From a virus: 64,000 nucleotides of DNA. Where the stretch lies: positions 1 through 64,000 of the IMG/VR virus record IMGVR_UViG_3300035034_002799; one strand, written 5' to 3'. Position 1 is the stretch's first letter; every line of letters begins with the position of its first letter. Below are positions 20,088 to 30,210 of this stretch, piece by piece. The notes under the pieces were generated by a model. The model saw only the letters and a list, made by a program, of their open reading frames with translations. It searched no databases and was not told the origin of the DNA. A program made the position numbers and the translations under genes.

Positions 20088-20987
20088 ATGGATTTACCGT
20101 GGGTTGAAAAATATAGACCAAGGTCGCTTGATGAATTAATTTGTGATGAAGATACTCTCGCAAAGTTTAAAGACTATGTTGATAATAAACATATTGAGCA
20201 GCATTTAATTTTAACAGGAAGTGCTGGCTTAGGAAAAACTACAACTGCTAAGATTTTAGCAAAAGAAGTTTCACCAGAAGAAACACTTTATATATGCGCC
20301 TCTGGTAAGGGTATAGACGAGATTAGAAATAACGTAACTAGATTCTGTAGTAGCTTTTCTTTCGGAGGGTTAAAAACAGTAATTCTAGATGAATTCGACG
20401 GGTTATCTAGTCCTTCAATGATGATGCTAAGAAACGTACTTGAAGATTTTGTAGAGACTACTCGTTTTATTCTAACCTGTAATTATATATCGAAAATACT
20501 TGATCCAATTCTTTCTCGTTGTATGATATTTGAATATAAAGGTTCGAGTGAAAAAGATATTGCAGTTCGATGTTTAGAAATTTTACAAAAAGAAAAAGTA
20601 GAAACAAGAAACAAAAAACATATCGGAAAGCTAGTTAGAAAGTTTTACCCTGATATAAGAGCAACTATTAATAACTTAGAGAAATTCACTCATGGTGGTA
20701 TCTTTGAATTAGATGATATTACATCTGGTAATGACTTAGTAAAAGATTTAATAGATACCATTAAAGAAAATGACTGGTTAGGTGTTAGACAAAATATAGT
20801 AGGCAAAGCAGATTTCCCAGAACTTTTTAAAATAATTTTCGACAATGCTGATATAATATCAGCAGAAAAAGCGGCATTTATCAGAATGCATGTTTTAGAA
20901 GGTATCAGATATCACTCTCTTGTAGTTGACCAAGAGATTAATTTCATGGGTACCGTAGATTGCATAATGCAAGAAATAGAGGAATGA
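20088..20987 (+). CDS. 44: gp44-like clamp loader AAA+ subunit
   Basis: WVEKYRP, GSAGLGKTT, LDEFD, FILTCN, LSRC, DIR. Confidence 0.95.
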   Translation: MDLPWVEKYRPRSLDELICDEDTLAKFKDYVDNKHIEQHLILTGSAGLGKTTTAKILAKEVSPEETLYICASGKGIDEIRNNVTRFCSSFSFGGLKTVILDEFDGLSSPSMMMLRNVLEDFVETTRFILTCNYISKILDPILSRCMIFEYKGSSEKDIAVRCLEILQKEKVETRNKKHIGKLVRKFYPDIRATINNLEKFTHGGIFELDDITSGNDLVKDLIDTIKENDWLGVRQNIVGKADFPELFKIIFDNADIISAEKAAFIRMHVLEGIRYHSLVVDQEINFMGTVDCIMQEIEE

Positions 20988-22042
20988 GTATTTGGTCATG
21001 GGTAAAAAACTTATTTGTAACATCGGCAGCACCTTTGGGGAAAATTCCAAAGGAGATAAAATTGTCGATGTCATCAACTACCCCCACCCCCGAACCACTC
21101 AAACCTCCGTTAAAAGAAAAAACAAAAAAGGATTACGAAATGGCTGAATCAAAAATATGGTTGGTTGTTATAGACAACTCAGACGTACCAGAAGCAAACG
21201 CATTAAGACCACCAGGGCTACATAATTTTTATATTGTTAATGCTCCTGATGAAATCTCAGCTAAGGGGTTTGTGTGGAGAAGTTTTGGCAACAACAGAGC
21301 ATTGATGGGTCAAATATCGGCATGTACTTTTGCGACTCAATTACCTTTAATAATAAGTACTGTTAATGATCAACCAGGGAAATTTTGGTCTTATGTTCCA
21401 ATCGGTGGTCGTAGATCACATGGACAGCGCAGGATCACTCCTAAGAGAGAAGATGTATTAGCTAAAAACGAATATGGTGAAATGTCAGCACAGGCATATC
21501 AGCATATACCACCAGATGTACCACCAGATACTACATCTCTTACAGAAGATGATATTAGAAGAGCAAGGGCAGAAACTGGCGCGGCTCGTTCTCCTCAACA
21601 AGCTCCTCAACAAGCTCCTCAACAAGCTCCTCAAGTACCAAACTTTAATGGTATGGACCCACAGCAGATGATGGCAGCAATGACTGCTATGATGGCAGCA
21701 TTTACACAGGGACAACAACCACAGGAACAACAACCACAAGCTTTTTCAGAAGCAGAACTTGAACGCCAAGCTGAACAAATGGAAGGAAGTAAACCTATTT
21801 CGGAATTACCTCCAGAAATTAACGCTGCCACGAGACTAGCCTCAGCTAGTCCTAGTGAACCTCAAAAAGTTTCAGAACAAGAAGATGCTGATCTTCAAGC
21901 AGCGATTAAAACTCAACGAGAAGCGGGTAAAATTCCTAAAGCAGGTACTCTCCCTGACGAGTTTAAAATCGACGATAACGTTGAAGATATGGAAGCAATG
22001 AGTCGTAAACTTAAGAGTGAATTGGATGATATGAATGGTTAA
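20984..22042 (+). CDS. Hypothetical protein with a Q/P-rich low-complexity region
   Basis: Long ORF between gp44 and gp62 containing QQAP repeats. Confidence 0.7.
   Translation: MSIWSWVKNLFVTSAAPLGKIPKEIKLSMSSTTPTPEPLKPPLKEKTKKDYEMAESKIWLVVIDNSDVPEANALRPPGLHNFYIVNAPDEISAKGFVWRSFGNNRALMGQISACTFATQLPLIISTVNDQPGKFWSYVPIGGRRSHGQRRITPKREDVLAKNEYGEMSAQAYQHIPPDVPPDTTSLTEDDIRRARAETGAARSPQQAPQQAPQQAPQVPNFNGMDPQQMMAAMTAMMAAFTQGQQPQEQQPQAFSEAELERQAEQMEGSKPISELPPEINAATRLASASPSEPQKVSEQEDADLQAAIKTQREAGKIPKAGTLPDEFKIDDNVEDMEAMSRKLKSELDDMNG
21591..21634 (+). repeat. 12-bp tandem repeat CTCCTCAACAAG, about 3.7 copies (encodes PQQA)
   Basis: Read directly from the sequence. Confidence 0.9.
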
Positions 22043-22466
22043 GCGTAAAAGTCTTAACAAGCAAAAGAAAAAGAATGATCATCTATGGGAAATATTAGAT
22101 GATATTAAATGGCATAAAACAGGGAAGCTTCTTGATAATGAAGAATTTTTCAAGAAGTTTTCTCCTTATTTAGTGTTGCGTATTCTTTCAATGGACAGAG
22201 CTAATCTTGAGGTTGTTAATCTAATTAATCAATATCAAAACGACTCCCATATTGACAATAAAATGATATATACTATTCTTGTTGATCTAATTCCTAAAAA
22301 CAAAGGTTTCACCAAATACATAAAACAAGAGAAAGTTAAGAATGAATATGTCAACATTATTATGGGATATTTTGAATGTTCTCGTAAGGACGCTGAAATT
22401 TATTTAGATATGCAGGGTGAAAATTGGGTTAAGGAAATAATGAACGAATATGGTGGAAAAAGATAA
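22035..22466 (+). CDS. 62: gp62-like clamp loader small subunit
   Basis: FSPYLVLRILS, YFECSRKDAEIYL, C-terminal GG; position just before regA. Confidence 0.8.
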   Translation: MVKRKSLNKQKKKNDHLWEILDDIKWHKTGKLLDNEEFFKKFSPYLVLRILSMDRANLEVVNLINQYQNDSHIDNKMIYTILVDLIPKNKGFTKYIKQEKVKNEYVNIIMGYFECSRKDAEIYLDMQGENWVKEIMNEYGGKR

Positions 22467-22520
22467 TTATTTTGATCATGATATAATACTTTTGTTCGTG
22501 ATGTTATGACAAGGAGATAT

Positions 22521-22904
22521 ATGATGTCAGATATTGAATTGGGTATTAAAGTGGAGTTAAAAGCCGAAGAAGCTGTTATACATGAAACCCTTGAGAGAAT
22601 TGGTGTAGTTGATGATAGAAATAAAGTTATTTACCCTTCGTGTTATTTGAGAAAATTGGAAAATGATGAATATGCTATAGTTCATTTTAAAGAATTATTC
22701 GTTTTGCAAAATAAACCTAGTACCTTTAATAAACTTGATGATCTTAGACGCTCAACCATTGCGTTCTTTCTACAGAAATGGGGTCTAATCTCCGTTTATC
22801 ATCCCGAAGACATCCAACGAATTTTAACCAAGAAAATAGACGTAGTTTCTCATAAAGATAAGAGAGAATACAAGGTCGTTCATAAATTCAAGCATAATCG
22901 TTAG
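22521..22904 (+). CDS. regA: RegA translational repressor
   Basis: ETLERIGV, YPSCYL, YAIVHFKELF, RRSTIAFFLQKWGLI. Confidence 0.92.
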   Translation: MMSDIELGIKVELKAEEAVIHETLERIGVVDDRNKVIYPSCYLRKLENDEYAIVHFKELFVLQNKPSTFNKLDDLRRSTIAFFLQKWGLISVYHPEDIQRILTKKIDVVSHKDKREYKVVHKFKHNR

Positions 22905-22944
22905 AATTTGTTTTTGTTGGATATAATTAGTGTATAATTAGCTA

Positions 22945-23997
22945 ATGAAGTTACCGCAGTATATAGTTCATAATATTTGGTATCGAATAGATGTTAGTGC
23001 TAAGCCTATTAGAACTTCTAATGTTTTTGTTCATTCTGGAAAATGTCCATTGTGCGAAGATCACAAACACCGCATGTATATTAGGGAATACCCAGACTTT
23101 TATAATGTTAAATGTCATAACTGTGGGTACAATAGTAATATTGAAAGTTTTTTAAAAGACGAATACCCCGCTGAATATGATTCGCTTAAAGAGTATTTCA
23201 TTGAGTCTATTAGAACTAGAGAGCTTTTCAAAAAACCTGTTCATATCCCAAAAGAAGAAAAATCTAAAAGCGAATTCGAGATGACCGATATGCGTTTGAG
23301 GTTATACCTCAAGGAAAACGGTTTCCGCATTGTTCGTCCACAGAAGGACCGTAAATTAGAGATTTTACGCCAGAGAGTCTTGCGGTACCTAGAAGGAAGA
23401 AAGCTTCCTAAAACCGTATACAGTGACTTCTGGGTGATGACAGATGGTTTCCTTAGAGGTTACATTGCTATCCCATTTTACGATGAAAACAAGAGTCACA
23501 TAATTCACGTTCAAGGTCGTTTGTTTGCCGAACTAGGTAGATCAGACCCACAGAAATATTTGTTTTTAAAAGACCTTGATAGTCATGTTGTTATTGAATT
23601 ACCAGGCAAAGAAATTTGGGGTCAGTGGAGAGTTACTAATAAAGATACTGTAATTATATGTGAAGGTACTCTTGATGCTGCTGCGTTCGAAAAAGGAGTA
23701 GCTACTTGTGGTGCGACAATAGGTGATGGCTTTATTAGAGATATAAAAAGAAAATACCCAAATAGAATATGGTCTGTTGATAACTTTTGGAACGATAAAG
23801 AAGGAAAGAAACTTACTGAGAAACTTCTTCTTATGGGAGAGACTTGTTTTATATTACCTAATGATCCAAATATAAAAGATTCTAATGATTTGATTAAAAC
23901 TATAGATGGTGAATATATAACCTCTGAAATGTTAGATAAGTGTTCATATACTGGAAAACTCGGTTTAGCTAAATTACGTCTTCAAAATATGATATAA
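22945..23997 (+). CDS. 61: gp61-like DNA primase
   Basis: Zn ribbon CPLC...CHNCG, QGR, TOPRIM ICEGTLDA, DN, KDSND. Confidence 0.9.
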   Translation: MKLPQYIVHNIWYRIDVSAKPIRTSNVFVHSGKCPLCEDHKHRMYIREYPDFYNVKCHNCGYNSNIESFLKDEYPAEYDSLKEYFIESIRTRELFKKPVHIPKEEKSKSEFEMTDMRLRLYLKENGFRIVRPQKDRKLEILRQRVLRYLEGRKLPKTVYSDFWVMTDGFLRGYIAIPFYDENKSHIIHVQGRLFAELGRSDPQKYLFLKDLDSHVVIELPGKEIWGQWRVTNKDTVIICEGTLDAAAFEKGVATCGATIGDGFIRDIKRKYPNRIWSVDNFWNDKEGKKLTEKLLLMGETCFILPNDPNIKDSNDLIKTIDGEYITSEMLDKCSYTGKLGLAKLRLQNMI

Positions 23998-24023
23998 TAA
24001 AACTGGATTTTCGCGGAGGTAAT

Positions 24024-25154
24024 ATGAAAACAGCAATAATGATACCAGCTCGCTCAGGGAGTAAAAGAGTTCCGAATAAAAATTTAAGACTATTAAGTGG
24101 GAAACCACTAATTACTTACGTTATTGAAACTTGTCTTAAAACGGATTTAGACGTTTGGGTGAATACAGACGATTTAAAGATTATTAATATGTGCCAAGAT
24201 TTATTCCCAGAAGTAAATATCTTTAAAAGAAAACCTGAACTTTGTTCAGATACTGCTACTAATGATGATTTTATGTTGGATTTTATGAACAAAGAATTAC
24301 GTTACAGTCATTTTCTTCAAGTCCTACCAACTTCTCCATTTGTAACTTTAGATGAAATTAATAATTTTGTATTGGCTATGAAAAGTCACGATACCGTTGT
24401 TTCAGTAAAAAATGCTCAAATTGGATGTGTATATGGTGACAGACCAATTAACTTCTCCAAAGATAAAAAGAACCCACCCTCACAGGAAATGACTCCTATC
24501 GGAATTTATGCCACTTCTTTAATGGGTTGGGAACGAACCACTTTTATTGATAATATGAATGAACTAGGCTGTGCGTATCATGGTGGTTTAGGATCAATAA
24601 AGTATTTTGAGCTTAGTGGGTTCTCTACTATTGATATTGACAACGAATCAGATTTTTTACTAGCAGAAGCGGTTGCTCAATTTATCCCTTTTCAAAGTCT
24701 CTATAAAAAGTTCTACTATGAAGATGGACAGTATATCGACTATTTTGTACCCAGAGTACTGAAAGATGATGGTATTGAAAAAACCACAGAAGTTAAACCA
24801 AACCAGAGAGTGGTTAGTGTTACTAATTTAATGCAAGAAATGACAGACCAAGAAGCTTGGTATAAGACAATTGTAGACTCCGATAGTAATTCGTGTACAG
24901 TGGTTAATCAAATGCCAGGAGAAGGTAACCGCCGCCATTATCACGCTAAGTGGAATGAGTGGTGGTATATTATTAGAGGTCAATGGAGATTCGATATTGA
25001 AGATGAGTCATATGTCGTAAAAGCTGGTGACTTAGTGTTTATTGAAAAGGGGAATAAACATCAGATAACGGCAATTGGTAATACCATTGCTTCTAGGTTA
25101 GCAGTGTCAAGATATGACGTTGAACATATTTATGCGGAGAAGCCAATTAGATGA
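24024..25154 (+). CDS. CMP-ulosonate synthetase-like cytidylyltransferase (NeuA family) fused to a C-terminal cupin
   Basis: IPARSGSKRVPNKN, PTSPF, IDIDNESDF; cupin RHYHAKWNEWWYIIRG...GNKH. Confidence 0.85.
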   Translation: MKTAIMIPARSGSKRVPNKNLRLLSGKPLITYVIETCLKTDLDVWVNTDDLKIINMCQDLFPEVNIFKRKPELCSDTATNDDFMLDFMNKELRYSHFLQVLPTSPFVTLDEINNFVLAMKSHDTVVSVKNAQIGCVYGDRPINFSKDKKNPPSQEMTPIGIYATSLMGWERTTFIDNMNELGCAYHGGLGSIKYFELSGFSTIDIDNESDFLLAEAVAQFIPFQSLYKKFYYEDGQYIDYFVPRVLKDDGIEKTTEVKPNQRVVSVTNLMQEMTDQEAWYKTIVDSDSNSCTVVNQMPGEGNRRHYHAKWNEWWYIIRGQWRFDIEDESYVVKAGDLVFIEKGNKHQITAIGNTIASRLAVSRYDVEHIYAEKPIR

Positions 25155-25471
25155 GCTTTGTACATCACAAAACTAATGGTAAAAAACTAGGAGCGAAACT
25201 TCTCTTTGAGGGAGAAGACTATTCGGTCTATGTTATCAATGAAAAAGAAGGGAAAGTAATACCCAATCATATGCATAGTCATTGGGATGAATCATGGTAT
25301 ATTATTAATGGATTATATAGCATTACAATTGAAGGTAAGAATGTTTTTGCTTACCCAGGTGATTTTATTACAGTAGAGAGAAATACTCGACATTCTATTA
25401 GATGTGCATCAGATAATGCCACTCGTCTTGCTATTTTCAAAAAAGATGTGGGGATTGAGTATGAAGATTGA
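25151..25471 (+). CDS. Cupin-domain protein
   Basis: HMHSHWDESWYIING...PGDFITVERNTRH. Confidence 0.85.
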   Translation: MSFVHHKTNGKKLGAKLLFEGEDYSVYVINEKEGKVIPNHMHSHWDESWYIINGLYSITIEGKNVFAYPGDFITVERNTRHSIRCASDNATRLAIFKKDVGIEYED

Positions 25472-26168
25472 TTTTACGGGAAAGAGGGTTTTAGTTACTG
25501 GAGGAAGTAAGGGTATTGGTAAGAAACTCGTTGAAGATTTTAATAGTTTGGGTGCTGATGTGTATTGGACGAGTACTAAAAAAGTTTGCAACCTAAAGCA
25601 TTGGCAAGTTGATCTTACAAATTATAATGAAACTATAGAATTTATAAAATGGATTAAGACTATGGAATTTGATATTCTCATTAATAATGCAGGTACTAAT
25701 AAGATTGGACCTATTGAAGAATATGATATAAGGGACTATGAACAAATAATCAACCTAAACCTAACATCGTGTTTCAAAACAACACAAGCGGTTATTCCTC
25801 ACATGAAAGAAACTAGTTGGGGGCGAATTGTGAACATTACTTCAATTTCAAGTGAGATTAGTATGCCTCTTCGTTCTGCTTATTGTTCGAGTAAATTTGG
25901 CTTACTTGGTTTAACAAAAGCTTCTGCTGTCGAATTGGCTAAATATGGTATTTTAGTAAATTCAGTTGGACCAGGGGTTACTGAAACAGAATTAACAGTT
26001 GATGTACTTGGCAGAGAAAAGATGAACGAAATAGCATCTAATGTACCTATAGGTCGTTTAGCTACTGTTGATGATATTTCAAAAACAGTCATGTTTATGT
26101 CAAGTGATTTAAATACTTATATGGTAGGTCAAAACGTTATTGTTGATGGGGGGTATACTTGTGTTTAA
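25461..26168 (+). CDS. SDR family oxidoreductase
   Basis: TGGSKGIG, NNAG, YCSSK, PG, VDGG. Confidence 0.92.
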   Translation: MKIDFTGKRVLVTGGSKGIGKKLVEDFNSLGADVYWTSTKKVCNLKHWQVDLTNYNETIEFIKWIKTMEFDILINNAGTNKIGPIEEYDIRDYEQIINLNLTSCFKTTQAVIPHMKETSWGRIVNITSISSEISMPLRSAYCSSKFGLLGLTKASAVELAKYGILVNSVGPGVTETELTVDVLGREKMNEIASNVPIGRLATVDDISKTVMFMSSDLNTYMVGQNVIVDGGYTCV

Positions 26169-27210
26169 AGTTAAATCATATAAAGGGATATATAAGGTAG
26201 AAACTATTGATCATTTAACTTTCGATGATAATAAAGGTGATATTATAGTAGTTGATTCTTTTATTTGGGATCAATATATCTCAGTACTAAACCACATGGA
26301 TATATTTGATGCTTCTGTATATGTATTAGAAACAACCGAAGAAACTAAAACGTTAGAAGAATCACAAAAGTTAATAGATAAGATGATTCAGATTGGCTTT
26401 AATAAGAGTAATAAACTTATTGCTGTTGGTGGCGGTGTTATTCAAGACCTTGTATCGTTTACAGCCTCTATATATTCAAGAGGTGTTGATTGGGTGTTTT
26501 ATCCTACCACTCTTCTCGCTCAATGTGATAGTTGCATAGGAAGTAAGACTTCCATAAACTACAAAGGCAGTAAAAATAAGTTGGGAGGGTTTCATCCACC
26601 TAAAGAGATTTATATTTACCGAAAGTTTCTTGAAACACTTCCAGAGTCAGAGATAAAATCAGGCATTGGGGAAATGCTACATTATTTTTTATTGGACCAT
26701 AATTTTGACATATCAGAAAAGATGGTCAATGATGAAAATGTTTTAGAAAATATAGAAGAGTATGTAAAAGAAAGTCTCTCAATAAAAAAAGAAATGATTG
26801 AAAAAGACGAGTTTGATAAAGGAGAACGTAACTTATTTAATTACGGTCATACTTTTGGACACGCTATCGAATCAATCAGTAACTATGAAGTCAATCATGG
26901 ACAAGCAGTTACATTGGGAATGGAAATAGCTAATAGAATTTCATTAAAAAAAGAGTTAATCTCAAAAGATGTTTATAAAAGACTTAATAATATACTTATA
27001 AAAAATATACCTAACTATGGAATCAATAATAACGATAAATACGTACAAGCTCTTAATAACGATAAGAAAAACATTAGTAATAACTTAACATGTATATTAC
27101 TCACAAGTGAATATGCTATAAAAACAGAAATTGCCTACGAAGATGTAGTGGAGGTGATTAATGAGTTATTTGGGGATAATTTAAATTATCCCATAGATTT
27201 TATGATTTGA
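26161..27210 (+). CDS. AroB/3-dehydroquinate synthase-like sugar-phosphate cyclase
   Basis: GGGVIQD, PTTLLAQCDSCIGSKT, NYGHTFGHAIE, HGQAV, DKK. Confidence 0.88.
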   Translation: MFKVKSYKGIYKVETIDHLTFDDNKGDIIVVDSFIWDQYISVLNHMDIFDASVYVLETTEETKTLEESQKLIDKMIQIGFNKSNKLIAVGGGVIQDLVSFTASIYSRGVDWVFYPTTLLAQCDSCIGSKTSINYKGSKNKLGGFHPPKEIYIYRKFLETLPESEIKSGIGEMLHYFLLDHNFDISEKMVNDENVLENIEEYVKESLSIKKEMIEKDEFDKGERNLFNYGHTFGHAIESISNYEVNHGQAVTLGMEIANRISLKKELISKDVYKRLNNILIKNIPNYGINNNDKYVQALNNDKKNISNNLTCILLTSEYAIKTEIAYEDVVEVINELFGDNLNYPIDFMI

Positions 27211-27217
27211 GGTTTAT

Positions 27218-27997
27218 ATGAAAGTTTATAGTTTAACAAAGACACTAGATGATTACGTTGATTTTTATATTAACGACCCTTCCGAAGCGGAAGTTATTGT
27301 TGTTGGTGGGTCAAGTATTGATCTCGAAAAATTTCCTAAACTCAAATACATATTTAAGTGTGGAGTTGGGGTAGATAATATACCAGACCTTAAAGACACT
27401 GGTGTTAAATTGATTATGCCTTCCGAATTGACAAAAATCAAAATTTACGATGAGGTTTCTTCATTTGCTGTATTTTTAATTTTACAATCTCATTATAGAA
27501 AATTAGGTAATGTTTCTAAATGGGAAAAAGAAGAAAGAAAAACACTTTCTGATAAATCATGTCTAACAGTAGGGAGCATGGGTAATATTGGTAGATTTGT
27601 TTTTGACAAATTAGAAGATTTGTTTAAAGATAATGTTGGATTTGATGTGAATTCTTTTTTCCATACTACATTAGAAAAGGAAATGAAGTCGGCAGATATT
27701 GTAACCCTTCATTGTCCTCTTACTGATGGTAATAGAGGAATGATAAAAACAGAATGGCTTAAAGATGATGTGATATTGGTTAATACCGCAAGAGCAGAAT
27801 TAGTAGATGAAAATGAATTATATGAATTCCTAAAAAGTAACCCAAAGGCAACTGCCGCATTTGACGTATTTTGGGAAGAACCATATAAAGGTAAACTACT
27901 AGAACTTGATAACTTCATTGCCACACCACACGTTGCAAGTATGGGTGATGGTTTTCGTAAAGGTCTGTATAGAGACTTGATGGAGTTATTAAAATGA
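27218..27997 (+). CDS. D-isomer-specific 2-hydroxyacid dehydrogenase family protein
   Basis: GVGVDNI, GNIG, LHCPLT, NTARAELVDE, DVFWEEP, TPHVA. Confidence 0.88.
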   Translation: MKVYSLTKTLDDYVDFYINDPSEAEVIVVGGSSIDLEKFPKLKYIFKCGVGVDNIPDLKDTGVKLIMPSELTKIKIYDEVSSFAVFLILQSHYRKLGNVSKWEKEERKTLSDKSCLTVGSMGNIGRFVFDKLEDLFKDNVGFDVNSFFHTTLEKEMKSADIVTLHCPLTDGNRGMIKTEWLKDDVILVNTARAELVDENELYEFLKSNPKATAAFDVFWEEPYKGKLLELDNFIATPHVASMGDGFRKGLYRDLMELLK

Positions 27998-28962
27998 AAA
28001 TTGGGATAATTGGATATGGTAAAATAGGAAAGATTAGACATGAGGTTTGTAAACAACTAATACCTAATGCTGAATATATGATTTATGATCCAAACGAAGA
28101 AACCAATTGTAAGAGTAGTCAAGAAGTAATAGATAAGACAGACCACGTATTTATTTGCACGCCAAATTTTTTAACCTCTGATTTAACTATAAAATGTTTA
28201 ATGGCTGGTAAGAATATTTTTTGTGAAAAACCACCAGCATTAAATTATGATGAGTTGCTTGAAGTTAATTATGCATACAGTAAAAACCGTAATTTGACTT
28301 TATTGTATGGATTTAATCATCGCCAATACGACAGTATTCAAAAGATGAAAGAGTTTATTGACAGTCAAGAAACTGGAAAAATTTTATGGATGAGAGGAAG
28401 GTACGGAAAGGCAATGGGTGATCCTAATACTACAGGATGGAGAGCAGACCCTAAAAAATGTGGAGGTGGTATTCTTTTAGACCAAGGTATTCATATGTTA
28501 GATTTAATGAATTGGTTTGGTGGGGATTTTGATACAGTTCAATCCGTCATAACAAATAATCTTTGGGGTATTGAAGGAATAGAAGATAATGCATTTTTAA
28601 ATCTTTATAATAGCTCGGATAACATTTCAGCATCGCTCCATTCGACGATGATAGAATGGAGACATATATTTTCATTAGAAATTGTTTTAGAACGAGGATA
28701 TGTTGCTCTCAATGGTTTAAAGACTCCATCTGGGTCTTATGGTAAAGAAGAGTTAACCATATGTAAAGACAAACATTTTGATTCCGATACGTCCACTAAA
28801 GAAACTATAGAGTTTAAGAACAATGATACTTGGTACAAGGAAGTACAATTATTTTTTGATAGTATTTTATCTGGAAAAAATAAAACTAATATAGAAGACG
28901 CGCTTGAAGTAATGAGGTTGATTAAGGAGGCTTATAATGGTATTAATGAAAAGACTCCCTGA
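27994..28962 (+). CDS. Gfo/Idh/MocA family oxidoreductase
   Basis: GYGKIG, CEKP, GFNHR, GGGILLDQGIHMLD. Confidence 0.9.
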   Translation: MKIGIIGYGKIGKIRHEVCKQLIPNAEYMIYDPNEETNCKSSQEVIDKTDHVFICTPNFLTSDLTIKCLMAGKNIFCEKPPALNYDELLEVNYAYSKNRNLTLLYGFNHRQYDSIQKMKEFIDSQETGKILWMRGRYGKAMGDPNTTGWRADPKKCGGGILLDQGIHMLDLMNWFGGDFDTVQSVITNNLWGIEGIEDNAFLNLYNSSDNISASLHSTMIEWRHIFSLEIVLERGYVALNGLKTPSGSYGKEELTICKDKHFDSDTSTKETIEFKNNDTWYKEVQLFFDSILSGKNKTNIEDALEVMRLIKEAYNGINEKTP

Positions 28963-30169
28963 AGATTTTTATAAAGATAAAAAAGTAATTGTTATTGGAC
29001 CGTCAGAAGGTGCTCCTAAAGAAGTTGAACAAGTTAACCTAGATGATTATGATTATGTTATAAGACTAAACGATCATTTTTACGACTCTGATAAACATGG
29101 TCTAGGTAAAAGAACTGATATAATTTATCATTCTCTTCTTAGTGGTCAATATAATAAAGACCATCTAACTTATTTAATAAAACACAATATTAAACTTATT
29201 GCTAGATACTGTAGTCCTAATAAAAAAATTGATGGTTATTTAAGAATGTGTGGAGACGAAACCCCAGATTGGTATCTTTTTAATGAAGGAAGAGCCAAAC
29301 GCTGTCCTATTGTATTAAAGTGTTGTCCAAGTACTGGAATTCTTGCAATATATGACGCATTAACGGATGGCGCTAAAGAAGTAGCTGCTTTAGGTTTCGA
29401 TTTTTATGAAACATTTTACACTGAGCGTCCTATAGAAACTATGAAACCAAAATCAATAAGCCGTATTATAAATGGTAACCATCGCCCAGCGACCCAACTT
29501 AGAAATTTTACTAAATGGGCTATGTGTAATAGAAGATTCAATCCAATTGGTAGATTTAAAGAACTTTTTGAAAGGGAGAAAATGATCATGAGTGAAGAAA
29601 AATTATTTCTTAAAAATAGAGTACAGGATGCCGCTAGAGCATCGCTTAATTTAGAATTGACGAGCGCATATGAATTCGCAGAAAAGATTTTTGAATTGAG
29701 GAAATCAGGTAAGAAAGCTATTTTCATGGGTAATGGTGCTTCGTATACTATCGCAAACCACGCTGCTCTTGATTATATGAGCCAACTGGGTATTCAGACG
29801 TTATGCGCAGCAGACCAAGCAGTTCTTACTGCGTTTGCTAATGATTTTGGGTATGACCACGCCTTAGAAAGATACTGTAAGATTAACTATAAAAAAGGTG
29901 ATATTTTAGTTTGTGTTAGTTCAAGTGGTAACTCACCAAATGTAGTTAACGCTGCTAAATGGGTCAAAGCTCAAGGAGGAACTGTTGTTACGTTTACTGG
30001 ATTTGAGCAAGATAATAAATTATCTGAGATAGCAAGCAGTAACTTTTGGGTAAACAGTAAAGTATATAACATAGTTGAATCTGTTCATAATCTTTGGCTA
30101 GCTATGATTTGTGATCTTATGATTGAATGGATGGGTGATGGTGTAGGTACTCACGGTATTAATATATGA
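28937..30169 (+). CDS. GT29/sialyltransferase-like domain fused to a GmhA-like SIS sugar isomerase
   Basis: N-terminal VIVIGPS..DDYDYVIRLN..GKRTD..PSTG..GFDFY..H; C-terminal GNGAS, ANDFGY, SSSGNSPNV, FTGF. Confidence 0.75.
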   Translation: MVLMKRLPEDFYKDKKVIVIGPSEGAPKEVEQVNLDDYDYVIRLNDHFYDSDKHGLGKRTDIIYHSLLSGQYNKDHLTYLIKHNIKLIARYCSPNKKIDGYLRMCGDETPDWYLFNEGRAKRCPIVLKCCPSTGILAIYDALTDGAKEVAALGFDFYETFYTERPIETMKPKSISRIINGNHRPATQLRNFTKWAMCNRRFNPIGRFKELFEREKMIMSEEKLFLKNRVQDAARASLNLELTSAYEFAEKIFELRKSGKKAIFMGNGASYTIANHAALDYMSQLGIQTLCAADQAVLTAFANDFGYDHALERYCKINYKKGDILVCVSSSGNSPNVVNAAKWVKAQGGTVVTFTGFEQDNKLSEIASSNFWVNSKVYNIVESVHNLWLAMICDLMIEWMGDGVGTHGINI

Positions 30170-30210
30170 TAGACACGAACACATAAGATAAATTTTATAT
30201 CATCTAGATG

